A program made the translations under genes and the position numbers. The notes beneath the pieces are model-generated. The model searched no databases, was not told the DNA's origin, and worked only from the letters and a program-made list of their open reading frames with translations. A DNA stretch of 64,000 nucleotides from an uncultured bacterium (lineage in GTDB: Bacteria > Patescibacteriota > Dojkabacteria > SC72), in assembly GCA_903906305.1 (NCBI GenBank), contig CAIVJR010000005.1, positions 83,667 to 147,666 on the forward strand, given 5' to 3'. Below are positions 1 to 10,358 of this stretch, piece after piece (the first letter of the stretch is position 1; each line of letters starts with the position of its first letter).

Positions 1-499
1 AAAAAATCAACGTGATAAAAGCTATTCCTATCATTCCTAGTATCTGCCAAATGTTTAATCCCAGTACAGAAGGTATCTCTTTTAATATTCTAAAATCTTC
101 CAGGAAAAGCTTTTGCATACTTCCCAACTCACCAACCGAAAAAGAGAACATCATGGAGAAGTTTGATGTCTGAATGTTAAACAAAGTAACAATTATTATT
201 GTCATATATAGGTACGTCCACAGTAAATCTAAGAGATTGAGTAGATTGATATATGGTTTCTTTTCTTCAGATATTCTGCCTAAAACTTCAAGCGTTTTCT
301 TGAACAGAAAAAGTATGACAAAAATGAACACAAAGAAAAGAAGAGCAACCGTAACATATCTTAAGCTAAAGATGTTTTCAGCAACAACTCCATATTTGCT
401 ATTGGCGAGACTTAAAGCAATAAAGCCAAAAAAATAAAGGATGGTTCCTCCCTCTATAACATACTTTGATAATTTTAGAAAACTGGGAATTTTCAACAT
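1..499 (-). CDS. hypothetical multi-pass membrane protein, 5' part only (runs off window start)
   Basis: Reverse-complement reading from ATG at 499..497 gives an uninterrupted hydrophobic ORF (MLKIPSFLKLSKYVIEGG...) to position 1. It is absent from the ORF track because no stop lies in the window. Confidence 0.4.
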   Translation of the reverse strand, partial: MLKIPSFLKLSKYVIEGGTILYFFGFIALSLANSKYGVVAENIFSLRYVTVALLFFVFIFVILFLFKKTLEVLGRISEEKKPYINLLNLLDLLWTYLYMTIIIVTLFNIQTSNFSMMFSFSVGELGSMQKLFLEDFRILKEIPSVLGLNIWQILGMIGIAFITLIF

Positions 500-564
500 T
501 GCCCCCTTAATAAAATAACTGGGGCAGTTTTATTTTTTTAATTATACACCATGAGCCAGCTTAC

Positions 565-1197
565 TCAACATATACTCTTCCAACTCTCCCTCCCTATAAC
601 CATATGATCGAGTAGTTTCATCCCTACCAAATCCAAAGCTTTCCCTACCCTCTCTGTAACAGCAAAATCCTCATCACTAGGTAAAGGGTCTCCCGAAGGA
701 TGATTATGTGCCAATATAACAGAACTAGCATTAAGTTCTAATGCAGGAATAATAACATCCCTAGGAAGTAACCCAGCCCCATCCACAGTACCAATAGCTA
801 ATGTACGTTGTTCTAATAGCTCAAATCTAGAATTAAGAAATATCCCAACAATATATTCCTGTTTCTTCTTTTGCATATCCCTAAGCAAATAGTAAGCCTC
901 TTGAGAATTATGTACGCATACCTTTTCCTTACTCCCAAGATCATACAACCTCCTACCCAATTCAATACCAGAAAGAATCTTCATAGCCGTAGCCAAACCA
1001 ATGCCAAGGATATCAACAATATCATTCACATCAACATTACCATTCTTTTTGATAGATTTACGAATACGATATACCACAGATCTAGAGACAGACATAAAAT
1101 TATGTCCCTTAATACCAGAACCAATAATAATGGCTATTAATTCCATATCACTGAGGCTATCTATACCCCTTTCTAAATATTTTTCTCTTGGAAGCAT
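565..1197 (-). CDS. radC: RadC-like JAB/MPN domain protein
   Basis: HNHPSGDPLPSDED JAMM motif and RadC-like N-terminus from MLPREKYLERG (internal Met of the 229-aa ORF, ATG at 1197..1195). Confidence 0.8.
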   Translation of the reverse strand: MLPREKYLERGIDSLSDMELIAIIIGSGIKGHNFMSVSRSVVYRIRKSIKKNGNVDVNDIVDILGIGLATAMKILSGIELGRRLYDLGSKEKVCVHNSQEAYYLLRDMQKKKQEYIVGIFLNSRFELLEQRTLAIGTVDGAGLLPRDVIIPALELNASSVILAHNHPSGDPLPSDEDFAVTERVGKALDLVGMKLLDHMVIGRESWKSIC

Positions 1198-1227
1198 ATA
1201 TATATCATAGAAGATATATATGAAATT

Positions 1228-1761
1228 ATGATGAAATCCCCTCCTCACTATCAAATTGACTTCCTAATTCACCCTATATATACTGGATATAAGATAATCT
1301 TTTATCAAAAAATTATGTCTGATACCCAAGATTTTGAAAGTTGTGCTCCAGAGGATCTTATAGAACAAGAAGGACCCAATCAAGGCAACATTAAGGATAT
1401 AGAGCTAGCAAGAATAGGCGCAGAAGCCGAGAATGAATCTAGGAGTCATAAAGTTAGAAACAAAATACTTGGTGAACTCGTACAGATTATTCCCGAACTT
1501 GAGGAAGACGGGCGTCATTTCCCAGCAGTGAGAGGAAATAACGAGGGAGAAAATGCAATGAGGAAAGAAGTTGAAAGAAGAGCAACTGAAAATGTCAAAG
1601 ATTTAGATATTGATCCAAAGACGAAAGAAGAGTTTCCAACGTGGGCAGTAGATGAATTTGATAAAAATGAAGATGACATGGAGGCAGCAAAGACCAAGGC
1701 AGATGAGATGGAAGCTAGGAAACCATTTGTCGAAGTTGCGAATATTTTGAAGAAAAAATAA
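1228..1761 (+). CDS. hypothetical highly acidic protein (probable start at MSDTQD, ~1315)
   Basis: 177-aa ORF, Glu/Asp/Lys-rich, no recognisable motif. Confidence 0.3.
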   Translation: MMKSPPHYQIDFLIHPIYTGYKIIFYQKIMSDTQDFESCAPEDLIEQEGPNQGNIKDIELARIGAEAENESRSHKVRNKILGELVQIIPELEEDGRHFPAVRGNNEGENAMRKEVERRATENVKDLDIDPKTKEEFPTWAVDEFDKNEDDMEAAKTKADEMEARKPFVEVANILKKK

Positions 1762-1784
1762 AACCCTTTCTACAATATTTAGGA

Positions 1785-3920
1785 TTACTCTGAACTCTTC
1801 TTTTTCTTCTTAGCCTTAAATGTCTTCTTTATATACTTACACTCCGGATAGTTACTACATCCAGTAAATGTTCTACCCCACTTACTCCTTCTCTCAACCA
1901 AAGGATGATTACACTCAGGACACTTCTCTTGCAAAAGAAGAGGAACCGTACCCTTACACTTAGGATAGTCCTTACAAGCCCAGAACTTACCATATTTACT
2001 ATTCTTTAACACCAATTCCCCACCACACTTAGGACACTTCTCAGGTCTAAGATATTTAGCAAAATCCAAACTCTCCTCATTCCCAGACAAATCCTTCATA
2101 CCCTTACACTCAGGGAACTTAGCACAACTAAGGAACTTACCATATCTACCAATACGTATAATCATCTCCCCACCACACTCAGGACACTTGTCCTCGGCCT
2201 TACCAAGTATTACAACATCTTCCTTTTTAACGTCTTTTTCAGCCTTAGCAATCTCTTCAACCAAAGGCTTGTATTGCTCATCCATAACTGGAGCATACTT
2301 CATCTTACCCGCAGCAATACCATCCAATTCAGCCTCAACCTTAGCAGTATATTTGTAATCTACCAACCTCTTAAAGTTATCTCTCAAGAAATTAGTAACA
2401 ATTCTACCAACATCTGTAGGAATCAAAGCCTTAGCTTCTTTAGTAATATATCCTCTCGCTTCAATAGTCGAAATGATGGTGGCATATGTAGAAGGCCTAC
2501 CAATCTCCAATGCCTCAAGTTTCTTAACCAATGATGCATCGGTATATCTAGCAGGAGGTTGAGTATATTTCTGTTCCTTAACAAACTTCTTCCATTTCAA
2601 TGAATCACCCTTCTCAATCTTGGAAATCTCTTGCAAATCATCTTCCACCTTACCAGTACCCAAAACCTTTCTAAAACCATCAAACAAAGTCATCTCACCA
2701 CCCAAAGTAAATACATATTCAGGTTTCTTCACATCCTTGTTAACAATGGAAACTGTTAAAATCTCTGCCTGTTTGTCTGTCATCTGACAAGAAACTACTC
2801 GCTTCCATATCAAGTCATACAATTTAGCCTCTGCACTACCAAACTGAGCTTCAATCTTCTCTCTAGTTACATTAATATCTGAAGGTCTGATTGCCTCGTG
2901 TGCTTCTTGTGCACCCTTGCTTCTAGTTTTGTAGTAATTAGGTGTAGCAGGTAAATATTCTTTACCATAGCTAGTACCAATTAACTCTCTAATGGAATCA
3001 ACAGCCTTACCACTAAGATTGAATGAGTCAGTTCTCATATATGTAATGTAGCCGGCTTGATACAGTATCTGAGCTATGGCCATGGTTCGCTTAGATGAAT
3101 ATCCTAAAACATTGTTAGCCGCCTGTTGAAGTGTAGATGTAGTAAATGGTGGATATGGATGCTTTTTAACCTTCTTAACAACTACATCTTTAACAATGTA
3201 ATCAGAAGATCCAAGTGTCTTTTCAATTCCCTCTACCTCATCTTTGTTTGTAGGAATATATTTCTTTCCATCCTTTTGAGCTAATTTTGCGTTTAATACG
3301 TTACCGCTTTCATCCTTAACCTCTACTCCGAAATCCCAATATTCCTCAGCTTTAAATGCTTCTCTCTCCTCTTCACGCTCAACAACCAATCTCAATGCAA
3401 CAGACTGTACTCTACCTGCAGAGAGACCATACCATATCTTCTTCCAAAGTAATTCTGAAAGCTTGTATCCTACCAATCTATCTAGTATTCTTCTTGCTTT
3501 CTGTGCTTCTACAAGGTTTTCATCAATCTCCAAAGGATGTTTAACAGCCTCTAGGATTGCATCCTTAGTGATTTCATTGAACATTACCCTCTTTGCATTC
3601 TTAGTCTTTAATACACTGTTTACATGCCATGCTATGGCCTCTCCTTCACGGTCAGGGTCCATTGCTAAGAAGACATTTCCATCTTTAGGAACTGCTCGTT
3701 TCAAGTCAGTGATTATCTTTCCCTTACCATATATTGTTTCAAACAAAGGCTCGTAGTTATGCTCAATATCTACTCCCAGTTTACTCTTAGGCAGGTCGAT
3801 AATATGGCCAACAGTGGCCATTACTTTGTAATCTGTACCTAAATACTTGTTAATGGTCTTCGCTTTTGCAGGAGACTCAACAATTAAAAGGTTTTTGTAT
3901 GATTTCTTTTTCTTTTCCAT
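1785..3920 (-). CDS. topA: DNA topoisomerase I with C-terminal Cys4 zinc ribbons
   Basis: 711 aa. TOPRIM N-terminus (LLIVESPAKAKTI), conserved type IA core, repeated C-x2-C...C-x2-C ribbons at the C-terminus. Confidence 0.9.
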   Translation of the reverse strand: MEKKKKSYKNLLIVESPAKAKTINKYLGTDYKVMATVGHIIDLPKSKLGVDIEHNYEPLFETIYGKGKIITDLKRAVPKDGNVFLAMDPDREGEAIAWHVNSVLKTKNAKRVMFNEITKDAILEAVKHPLEIDENLVEAQKARRILDRLVGYKLSELLWKKIWYGLSAGRVQSVALRLVVEREEEREAFKAEEYWDFGVEVKDESGNVLNAKLAQKDGKKYIPTNKDEVEGIEKTLGSSDYIVKDVVVKKVKKHPYPPFTTSTLQQAANNVLGYSSKRTMAIAQILYQAGYITYMRTDSFNLSGKAVDSIRELIGTSYGKEYLPATPNYYKTRSKGAQEAHEAIRPSDINVTREKIEAQFGSAEAKLYDLIWKRVVSCQMTDKQAEILTVSIVNKDVKKPEYVFTLGGEMTLFDGFRKVLGTGKVEDDLQEISKIEKGDSLKWKKFVKEQKYTQPPARYTDASLVKKLEALEIGRPSTYATIISTIEARGYITKEAKALIPTDVGRIVTNFLRDNFKRLVDYKYTAKVEAELDGIAAGKMKYAPVMDEQYKPLVEEIAKAEKDVKKEDVVILGKAEDKCPECGGEMIIRIGRYGKFLSCAKFPECKGMKDLSGNEESLDFAKYLRPEKCPKCGGELVLKNSKYGKFWACKDYPKCKGTVPLLLQEKCPECNHPLVERRSKWGRTFTGCSNYPECKYIKKTFKAKKKKKSSE

Positions 3921-4044
3921 ATGCTTGCTTCTTAAAATACATTAAATTAATTAGTATTGTCAAACATGTATACAAAACCTATACGCTATTCTACCCTTTT
4001 TAATTATGTATACATTTTCACTTCGTTGTGTAAAATATCTTTTT

Positions 4045-4713
4045 CTAGAAACATTTAATCTGATCTCCCTCTATGCCTAAAACCTGCTTAAAATCTTCTT
4101 CACCTGCAATTATTCCCGCTCCTTGTTTAATCAGTGAGTGACACCCACGAGATGTAGATTTAAATATATCGCCTGGAATTACGTACACATCTCTATTAAA
4201 TTCTAAGGCCAGATTGGCTGTAACCAATGATCCACTCTGTATATCCGCTTCTATGACTACTGTCGTCTCTGATATCCCAGCAAGTATACGATTGCGCATA
4301 GGAAACATACCTTTGTGCATCTCAACCTTTCCGCCATATTCTGCCATTACCAATCCTTTTTCTGAGATATCCTCGTAGAGTTTAGCATTGCTAAGAGGAT
4401 ATATATTCCCTATACCCCCCGCTATGACTGCAATTGTGGGAATGCCCAACTCCAAACATCTTCTATGCCCCATTGTATCTATCCCTTCCGCCAATCCACT
4501 TACAATACATATATCCAAATCAATGAGGTATGGTTGAAGCAACATATCCAATACCTCCTTGCCATATCTTGTAGCTTTCCTAGTACCAACAATGGTTAAA
4601 CACCGCTTCTTCAGTAAATCCACATTCCCCTTACAATGCAATTGTTTAGGAGGCTTGTGTATCTCCTTTAAAAACCTTGGATATCTAGAATCACCCATAC
4701 ATATATATGACAT
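4045..4713 (-). CDS. dprA: DNA processing protein DprA (Rossmann-fold core, short form)
   Basis: 222 aa with DprA-like motifs (IVSGLAEGIDTMGH, VIPGDIF). Classic dprA-topA adjacency. Confidence 0.75.
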   Translation of the reverse strand: MSYICMGDSRYPRFLKEIHKPPKQLHCKGNVDLLKKRCLTIVGTRKATRYGKEVLDMLLQPYLIDLDICIVSGLAEGIDTMGHRRCLELGIPTIAVIAGGIGNIYPLSNAKLYEDISEKGLVMAEYGGKVEMHKGMFPMRNRILAGISETTVVIEADIQSGSLVTANLALEFNRDVYVIPGDIFKSTSRGCHSLIKQGAGIIAGEEDFKQVLGIEGDQIKCF

Positions 4714-4747
4714 ATGTAGAGTATGACAAAGAAAGATGAAATATTGA

Positions 4748-6751
4748 TTAAATCTTGCCGTTTTGAACCATCCAAGCTATCATTTCCTTCATAATCTTGA
4801 CGGCGTTGAGACTCTCACCACCATCTTCAAGGAATATACTAAAGGAATATTTAGGATTGTCATATGGGAAGAAACCACCTACCCATGCATGTGTATGCTC
4901 GTAGTTACCCTTTTTGTCTAATGCACCGAACTCTGCAGTACCAGTTTTAGCAGCTACAACAGTTCCTAAATTAGCCAATGAGGATATTGACGCCCTCTCC
5001 CCATTAACCGCAGACCACATACCCTCTTTTGCGATTTTAAAAGCTTCTTTCTTAGCAATATTGCTCTGTAATATTTCCACAGGAATTTCTACTTTGTTCC
5101 CCTCTTCATCCATGAAGTACTTTGCAATATGTGGTTTGTAGAGGGTTCCCTCGTTAGCGATTGCTCCCATCCAGTTAGACATCTGGATTGGAGTAACTAA
5201 ACCAATTCCTTGACCAATGACAGAGTTACATGAATCGCCCTCAGGATACCAGATGGGATCTAACCATGGACTGGTGGAATTAGCTAACATGAGCTTGTTT
5301 GCAGGAGATGGTACCCTTCCCGCCATCTCACCAGGTATATCTATCCCTGTAATTCTTCCAATTCCAAATTTGTCTAAGTAAGGTACTAGAGAATTCATAT
5401 CCCAATGCCTAATGAGTTCACAGAAATATATATTTGAGGAAACAGTAAGTGCACCAACAACATTTACAGTACCATATGCATGATTGTGATATTCCTGAAA
5501 TGAAGCACCATTGGAGAAGGTATAGTTGGAGGTACTGGTATATTGAGTATATTTAGTAATGGCACCAGCATCTAAAGCTGCAGTAGCTACCATTGTTTTG
5601 AATGTAGAGCCTGCAGGAACCTGTGCAGCTATGGATCTATTCATCAATGGATTAGCTTTGTCATTGAGAAGTTTTGAGTAGTCAGCAACTGATATCCCAC
5701 CAATGAACAAATTGTTGTCATATGTAGGATATGTAACCATGGCTAGGATTTCACCCGTATTAACATCTTGGATGATTCCTGCGCCTCCTGTGGCTTTAGA
5801 GTTACTTACGCCCGTCTGTAATGCTTCGTACAACTTATTTTGTATCGTCATATCCAATGTAAGGTACAGGTTCTTTCCAGAGATTGGAGTTTTGATTGTT
5901 AAACCCTCTTGTGATATCTTTTTACCCAATGAATCCACCTCCCAGACCATCTGTCCATCTTCTCCCGCGAGTTGTTCATCATATTCGCGTTCAAACCCTG
6001 TACGGCCAACTACGTCAGTAGAATTAAGATAGCCTATCGATTCTAAATCCTCAGCAGTCACGTCACCTGTATATCCAAGGATTGATGAAAGGACATTCTT
6101 GTATGGATATGAACGTTTACTCCCGTCATCTATATATATACCAGGTAAATTCTCAGTAGCAGCTTTAATTTGAATTATCTCCTCGTTGTTTAGATCTGAA
6201 GCAATGAGGATATCAGTGAAGTATGGGCTTTGCGCATGTATCTTTAACACTCGCTCTATTATTGACCCATATTCAACCTCCTTGTCATCAGAAACCTTCT
6301 TCCATCGCGTACCTAGTATACCCTCCAGGGTATCTGATGTACTTTGTAATTTCGCATTATCTACCTCTCCCTCTACCAAATATCTATCTATCATTACATA
6401 TAGCCCCACAGAAGCCACATTTTCGACAAGTTTAACGCCATTACGGTCAAACATAACCCCACGATATGCGGGGATACTCTCTTTCCTAATCTGGTTGTTC
6501 TCCGACTTTGCCAGCATCTCCTCTCCTTTTACAATCTGAAGTGAACTAAGTTGGAGAAAAAGCACAGTAAACAGTACAAAAAAGAGTATGAAGACAATCA
6601 AATAGTTCCACGGAGAGCCCTCTGAGTACCCCGGAGTTGATTTCCAAAGCTTCTTAGCACTCTCCTTAAGGTTAATCTCCTTTATGCCATTGATTCCCTT
6701 GACCTTCTTCTTGTTCTTTGATTGTATGCTTTTTGAAAATTTTAAATCCAT
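4748..6751 (-). CDS. mrdA: penicillin-binding protein 2 (elongasome transpeptidase)
   Basis: 667 aa, N-terminal TM, dimerisation domain, transpeptidase motifs (STFK, SxN, KTG: AKTGTAE). Lies downstream of mreBCD. Confidence 0.85.
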   Translation of the reverse strand: MDLKFSKSIQSKNKKKVKGINGIKEINLKESAKKLWKSTPGYSEGSPWNYLIVFILFFVLFTVLFLQLSSLQIVKGEEMLAKSENNQIRKESIPAYRGVMFDRNGVKLVENVASVGLYVMIDRYLVEGEVDNAKLQSTSDTLEGILGTRWKKVSDDKEVEYGSIIERVLKIHAQSPYFTDILIASDLNNEEIIQIKAATENLPGIYIDDGSKRSYPYKNVLSSILGYTGDVTAEDLESIGYLNSTDVVGRTGFEREYDEQLAGEDGQMVWEVDSLGKKISQEGLTIKTPISGKNLYLTLDMTIQNKLYEALQTGVSNSKATGGAGIIQDVNTGEILAMVTYPTYDNNLFIGGISVADYSKLLNDKANPLMNRSIAAQVPAGSTFKTMVATAALDAGAITKYTQYTSTSNYTFSNGASFQEYHNHAYGTVNVVGALTVSSNIYFCELIRHWDMNSLVPYLDKFGIGRITGIDIPGEMAGRVPSPANKLMLANSTSPWLDPIWYPEGDSCNSVIGQGIGLVTPIQMSNWMGAIANEGTLYKPHIAKYFMDEEGNKVEIPVEILQSNIAKKEAFKIAKEGMWSAVNGERASISSLANLGTVVAAKTGTAEFGALDKKGNYEHTHAWVGGFFPYDNPKYSFSIFLEDGGESLNAVKIMKEMIAWMVQNGKI

Positions 6752-6757
6752 TACTTC

Positions 6758-7252
6758 TTACAGTGATCTTAATTTCGTTCCCTCATCACGCTTTCTAAGC
6801 CTGCTCCATACCAAATCGAATACCACACAGAAAGCTATTGATGCTAATGCCTTAAGTACCATTCCACCTACCATTAACCCCGTTATGCTTACCCAATTGC
6901 CTGTAGAGATTAATTCGGGAACAAAAGCTAGCAAGAGGTAATATATGAATATGCAAAAGAATTTTACACTGTATCCCGGCAAGTTGTAATTGAGGGGAAC
7001 TAGTAATGAGATTCCAAGCATTAGCAAAAGAGATATGCCTGTAATTAGTAAGTTAGTGCCTAGAACATAGTGATATATCACATCGAGGACTACAGAACCC
7101 AAGACTGTAAAGAACAAGAGATATTTCCAATTAATTTTGTTAAACAAGGCAATATTTAACAGAAAGAAAAATCTAAAATTACTCAATGCCACTAAAAAGC
7201 CTTCTAAGAAGATGGTAAGAAAGCAGGTTAAAAGCACGTACAGTATTGGCAT
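6758..7252 (-). CDS. mreD: rod shape-determining membrane protein MreD-like
   Basis: 164-aa polytopic membrane protein in the canonical position between mreC and PBP2. Confidence 0.55.
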   Translation of the reverse strand: MPILYVLLTCFLTIFLEGFLVALSNFRFFFLLNIALFNKINWKYLLFFTVLGSVVLDVIYHYVLGTNLLITGISLLLMLGISLLVPLNYNLPGYSVKFFCIFIYYLLLAFVPELISTGNWVSITGLMVGGMVLKALASIAFCVVFDLVWSRLRKRDEGTKLRSL

Positions 7253-7269
7253 TATATCTATTTTACAAA

Positions 7270-8091
7270 TTATTCAACACGCACAAACACTTGCATTAGG
7301 TTGTCGTAATCCAAGATTGGGGAAACAAATGCAGTTTTGTATGTACTTGCGGGGTTACTTGAAAGTGCTACCACATATCCTAAGGCATAGAATCCTCCAA
7401 CTTTTGAGTCATTAATATATACCATGTCACCATCGACTACTTCGGAGTTCATGGCTATATTTTCAATCATTATACCCTCTGCAGAGCCACTAACTACCCC
7501 GCTACTTAGAATATTGGTATTAACGTTTCCATCCTGACCAACTTTAAGTACAACCACTTCCAAATGTGAATTCCCATCTGATGGTAACCTTACAGTGCTT
7601 CCCTTCAAGTCAACACTCGACACTATCCCAACAAAGATATTTCCGACAGTAACCACATCTCCCTGCTGTAATCCAGATTCACTTCCTTGATCAATGGCCA
7701 AAGTATCTACATTGTCATCTCGTAATGTATTGGCTAGTACATACTTTGCCTCCCTATTCCCCAACGCTATCTGTTTTTTTAATGCTTCATTCTCATTTTT
7801 AAGAATGACATAGTTGGAGTACTGGGCTTCCTTGTCGTATGAAGCTATTTTCAAGTCATTGAACTCTTTTCTAAAGTTTCCGAGATTAACGAATGTTTGG
7901 AAATATTCTTTAACCTTCGAACCTGCAATATTGGCTTGAAAAGATGTTGGTTCAAATACAAAAGAGAGTGCATTTCTCACACCTTTCATTCCACTTAACC
8001 CATCCAGAAGAAGAAGTGTAATCGCTAAAAGCAAAGAGAAATATACTACAATGTTGTTGTTTTGTCCTTTGGTAGTATTGTTTTTCATCAA
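7270..8091 (-). CDS. mreC: rod shape-determining protein MreC
   Basis: 273 aa, N-terminal TM, coiled coil, beta-rich C-terminal domains. Position after mreB. Confidence 0.75.
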   Translation of the reverse strand: MMKNNTTKGQNNNIVVYFSLLLAITLLLLDGLSGMKGVRNALSFVFEPTSFQANIAGSKVKEYFQTFVNLGNFRKEFNDLKIASYDKEAQYSNYVILKNENEALKKQIALGNREAKYVLANTLRDDNVDTLAIDQGSESGLQQGDVVTVGNIFVGIVSSVDLKGSTVRLPSDGNSHLEVVVLKVGQDGNVNTNILSSGVVSGSAEGIMIENIAMNSEVVDGDMVYINDSKVGGFYALGYVVALSSNPASTYKTAFVSPILDYDNLMQVFVRVE

Positions 8092-8098
8092 AGTATTA

Positions 8099-9154
8099 TT
8101 AAACTAACTCATTCCAAGATCTTTGGACTCTTTCAAGTAGTTCGATGTGGTCTAACATCAATGCGGTTCCTCTTGCTACTGCTGAAAGCGGATCATCTAC
8201 TATTTTTACTGGAAGATTTAACTCCTCTGCCCAGAATGTATCCAATCCTTTTATCAATGCTCCACCACCTGTTAAATGTAATCCTGAGGTTAACAAATCT
8301 TTTAGTAATTCTGGTGGAGTATCTTCAATTGCATCTTTAACTGCTTCGGTAATCTGATATATGGAGGTCATGATGGCTTCTCTTACCTCTACACTACTAA
8401 GCTCGACTGTCTTTGGAAGTCCCGTTAGAAGATCCCTACCCTGTACAGACATCTTAGTTTCCTTTTTTAGTGGCATTGCTGAACCTATGGCAATTTTTAC
8501 GTCTTCAGCGCTTCGCTCACCTATGAGGACATTGTATTTTTCTCTTACATAGTTAACGATATCTTGATCCATTTCATCTCCCGCAATTCTCAAGGTATTA
8601 TCTACAACAATATCTCCAAGTGAGAATACTGCAATGTCAGAAGTACCTCCTCCAACATCTACAATCATACTTCCAGAGGCATCTTCTACCGGTAACCCTG
8701 CTCCAATGGCTGCTGCCATTGATTCTTCAACTATGAATACTTCTCTCGCTCCAGCTGTTTTTACCGCATCGATAACGGCTTGTCTTTCTACTTCAGTTAC
8801 CGAAGATGGGACGCCAACGATTACTCTTGGTCTTGGAAGTTTAAATGAATTTCCAAAGTAGGAATGTGCTCGGTGTATGAAGTGATGGATCATGGCTTGG
8901 GTAGTATCAAAGTCTGAGATAACTCCATCTTTGAGTGGTCTCACTGCTGCAATGTTTGCAGGGGTTCTACCAATCATTTGTCTAGCTTCTTTACCCACAG
9001 CGAGTACTGTTTTAGTTCTTTTGTCTATTGCCACAACTGAAGGTTCGGAGACTACGATGCCGTGGTTACGCATATATACCAAGGTATTTGCAGTACCCAA
9101 GTCAATTCCCAAATCATATGTTAGTAGTTCCCAGATTGAATCAAAAATTTTCAT
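8099..9154 (-). CDS. mreB: actin-like rod shape protein MreB
   Basis: 351 aa with MreB phosphate-binding motifs (GIDLGTANTLVY, DVGGGTSDIAV). Confidence 0.9.
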   Translation of the reverse strand: MKIFDSIWELLTYDLGIDLGTANTLVYMRNHGIVVSEPSVVAIDKRTKTVLAVGKEARQMIGRTPANIAAVRPLKDGVISDFDTTQAMIHHFIHRAHSYFGNSFKLPRPRVIVGVPSSVTEVERQAVIDAVKTAGAREVFIVEESMAAAIGAGLPVEDASGSMIVDVGGGTSDIAVFSLGDIVVDNTLRIAGDEMDQDIVNYVREKYNVLIGERSAEDVKIAIGSAMPLKKETKMSVQGRDLLTGLPKTVELSSVEVREAIMTSIYQITEAVKDAIEDTPPELLKDLLTSGLHLTGGGALIKGLDTFWAEELNLPVKIVDDPLSAVARGTALMLDHIELLERVQRSWNELV

Positions 9155-9254
9155 AGACTGATAGTATACAACTAGATATCCTTGATTCTAACATGTAAAA
9201 AAAAAGAACACGAGTGTTCTTTTATATATTTTCACCTAATTTGAATTGAGGGAA

Positions 9255-9479
9255 TTATGCTTCTTTTTCTTCTACTCCCTTTTGTAATCTCTTGTAGCAT
9301 TTCATACATATAGTGACGTTTTTAACAACTCCGTCAACTTCTAAGTCTATACTTCTAAGATTTGGTTTAAACTGTCTAACAGTGTGTGGTGCCTTATATC
9401 TCCAACCCACTGAGTGCTTGTGTTGGATACTTCGACCTGCTATCGTAGATTTTGTACAAATAAAACATTCTTTTGACAT
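9255..9479 (-). CDS. rpmB: 50S ribosomal protein L28
   Basis: From internal Met MSKECFICTKSTIAGRSIQHKHSVGWRYKAPHTVRQFKPNL, the L28 pattern including the PNL motif and a Cys pair. Confidence 0.75.
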   Translation of the reverse strand: MSKECFICTKSTIAGRSIQHKHSVGWRYKAPHTVRQFKPNLRSIDLEVDGVVKNVTICMKCYKRLQKGVEEKEA

Positions 9480-9549
9480 AACGGAGGTATTATAAACTAA
9501 AATCTGTTTTATTGTCAAAGATTTTGTGACATATATTATATAATAGATT

Positions 9550-10176
9550 ATGGAAGGTTTAAACGCAGAGACAATTTATTGGATTATACTTGCAGTTCCA
9601 ACTATACTTATTGCTTCTACAGTACACGAATATGCACATGGTTGGGCAGCTTACAAGCTTGGAGATCCTACTGCAAAAGCTGCTGGTAGACTTACATTAA
9701 ATCCACTTAAACATATCGACCCTATTGGTGCGTTATGTATGATTTTGTTTAGATTTGGGTGGAGTAAGCCGGTTCCAATTAATGAGTATAATTTTGAAAG
9801 ACGAGAAGTGGATACTGCACTCACTGCATTAGCTGGACCTGTATCTAATATATTGCTTGCACTATTAACCGCACTTGTTAATTTAATATTTAAGCCTGAT
9901 CCTAGTTCTATATTTGCAATCATATTAATGGTTTTTGCATCTATTAATATTTCATTGGCTGTATTCAATCTCCTCCCTATCCCACCTTTAGATGGACATA
10001 AGATAGTGAGAGCGTTGCTTCCAAAGAAGCTTAGGTATTACTGGGAGAAGCTAGAAAAGTTCTCTATCATTATAATTTTGATATTTATTTTGCCTATCTC
10101 TCCACTATCGGCCTGGACTTCTACCTTTTTAAGCGGCACCATAACGAAACTATTATCACTACTAGGTTTCTTATAG
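9550..10176 (+). CDS. site-2 protease family (peptidase M50) membrane metalloprotease
   Basis: HEYAHGW (HExxH) in TM1 and a NLLPIPPLDGHKI (LDG) motif. 208 aa, polytopic. Confidence 0.75.
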   Translation: MEGLNAETIYWIILAVPTILIASTVHEYAHGWAAYKLGDPTAKAAGRLTLNPLKHIDPIGALCMILFRFGWSKPVPINEYNFERREVDTALTALAGPVSNILLALLTALVNLIFKPDPSSIFAIILMVFASINISLAVFNLLPIPPLDGHKIVRALLPKKLRYYWEKLEKFSIIIILIFILPISPLSAWTSTFLSGTITKLLSLLGFL

Positions 10177-10358
10177 AATTTTGCTTACAGGCTCGTTCTT
10201 ATTTGCATACTATATATTTCAGTCATAAAATGTAGATGCTCTAGTGGGATGTAATAGAGGAATCATAGCTCTATATCCATAAAACGGGATTCCACACATC
10301 ATTTAACTCTGCGGAGTTGAATTGAGGAAACCCACTTGTATTACAGGGCTCTATGGCC

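Noticed and set aside
174-437. 87-aa plus-strand ORF
   Set aside because: Lies antisense to a better-supported minus-strand membrane-protein ORF that runs off the window start. Lys/Arg-rich low-complexity translation typical of an AT-rich antisense frame.
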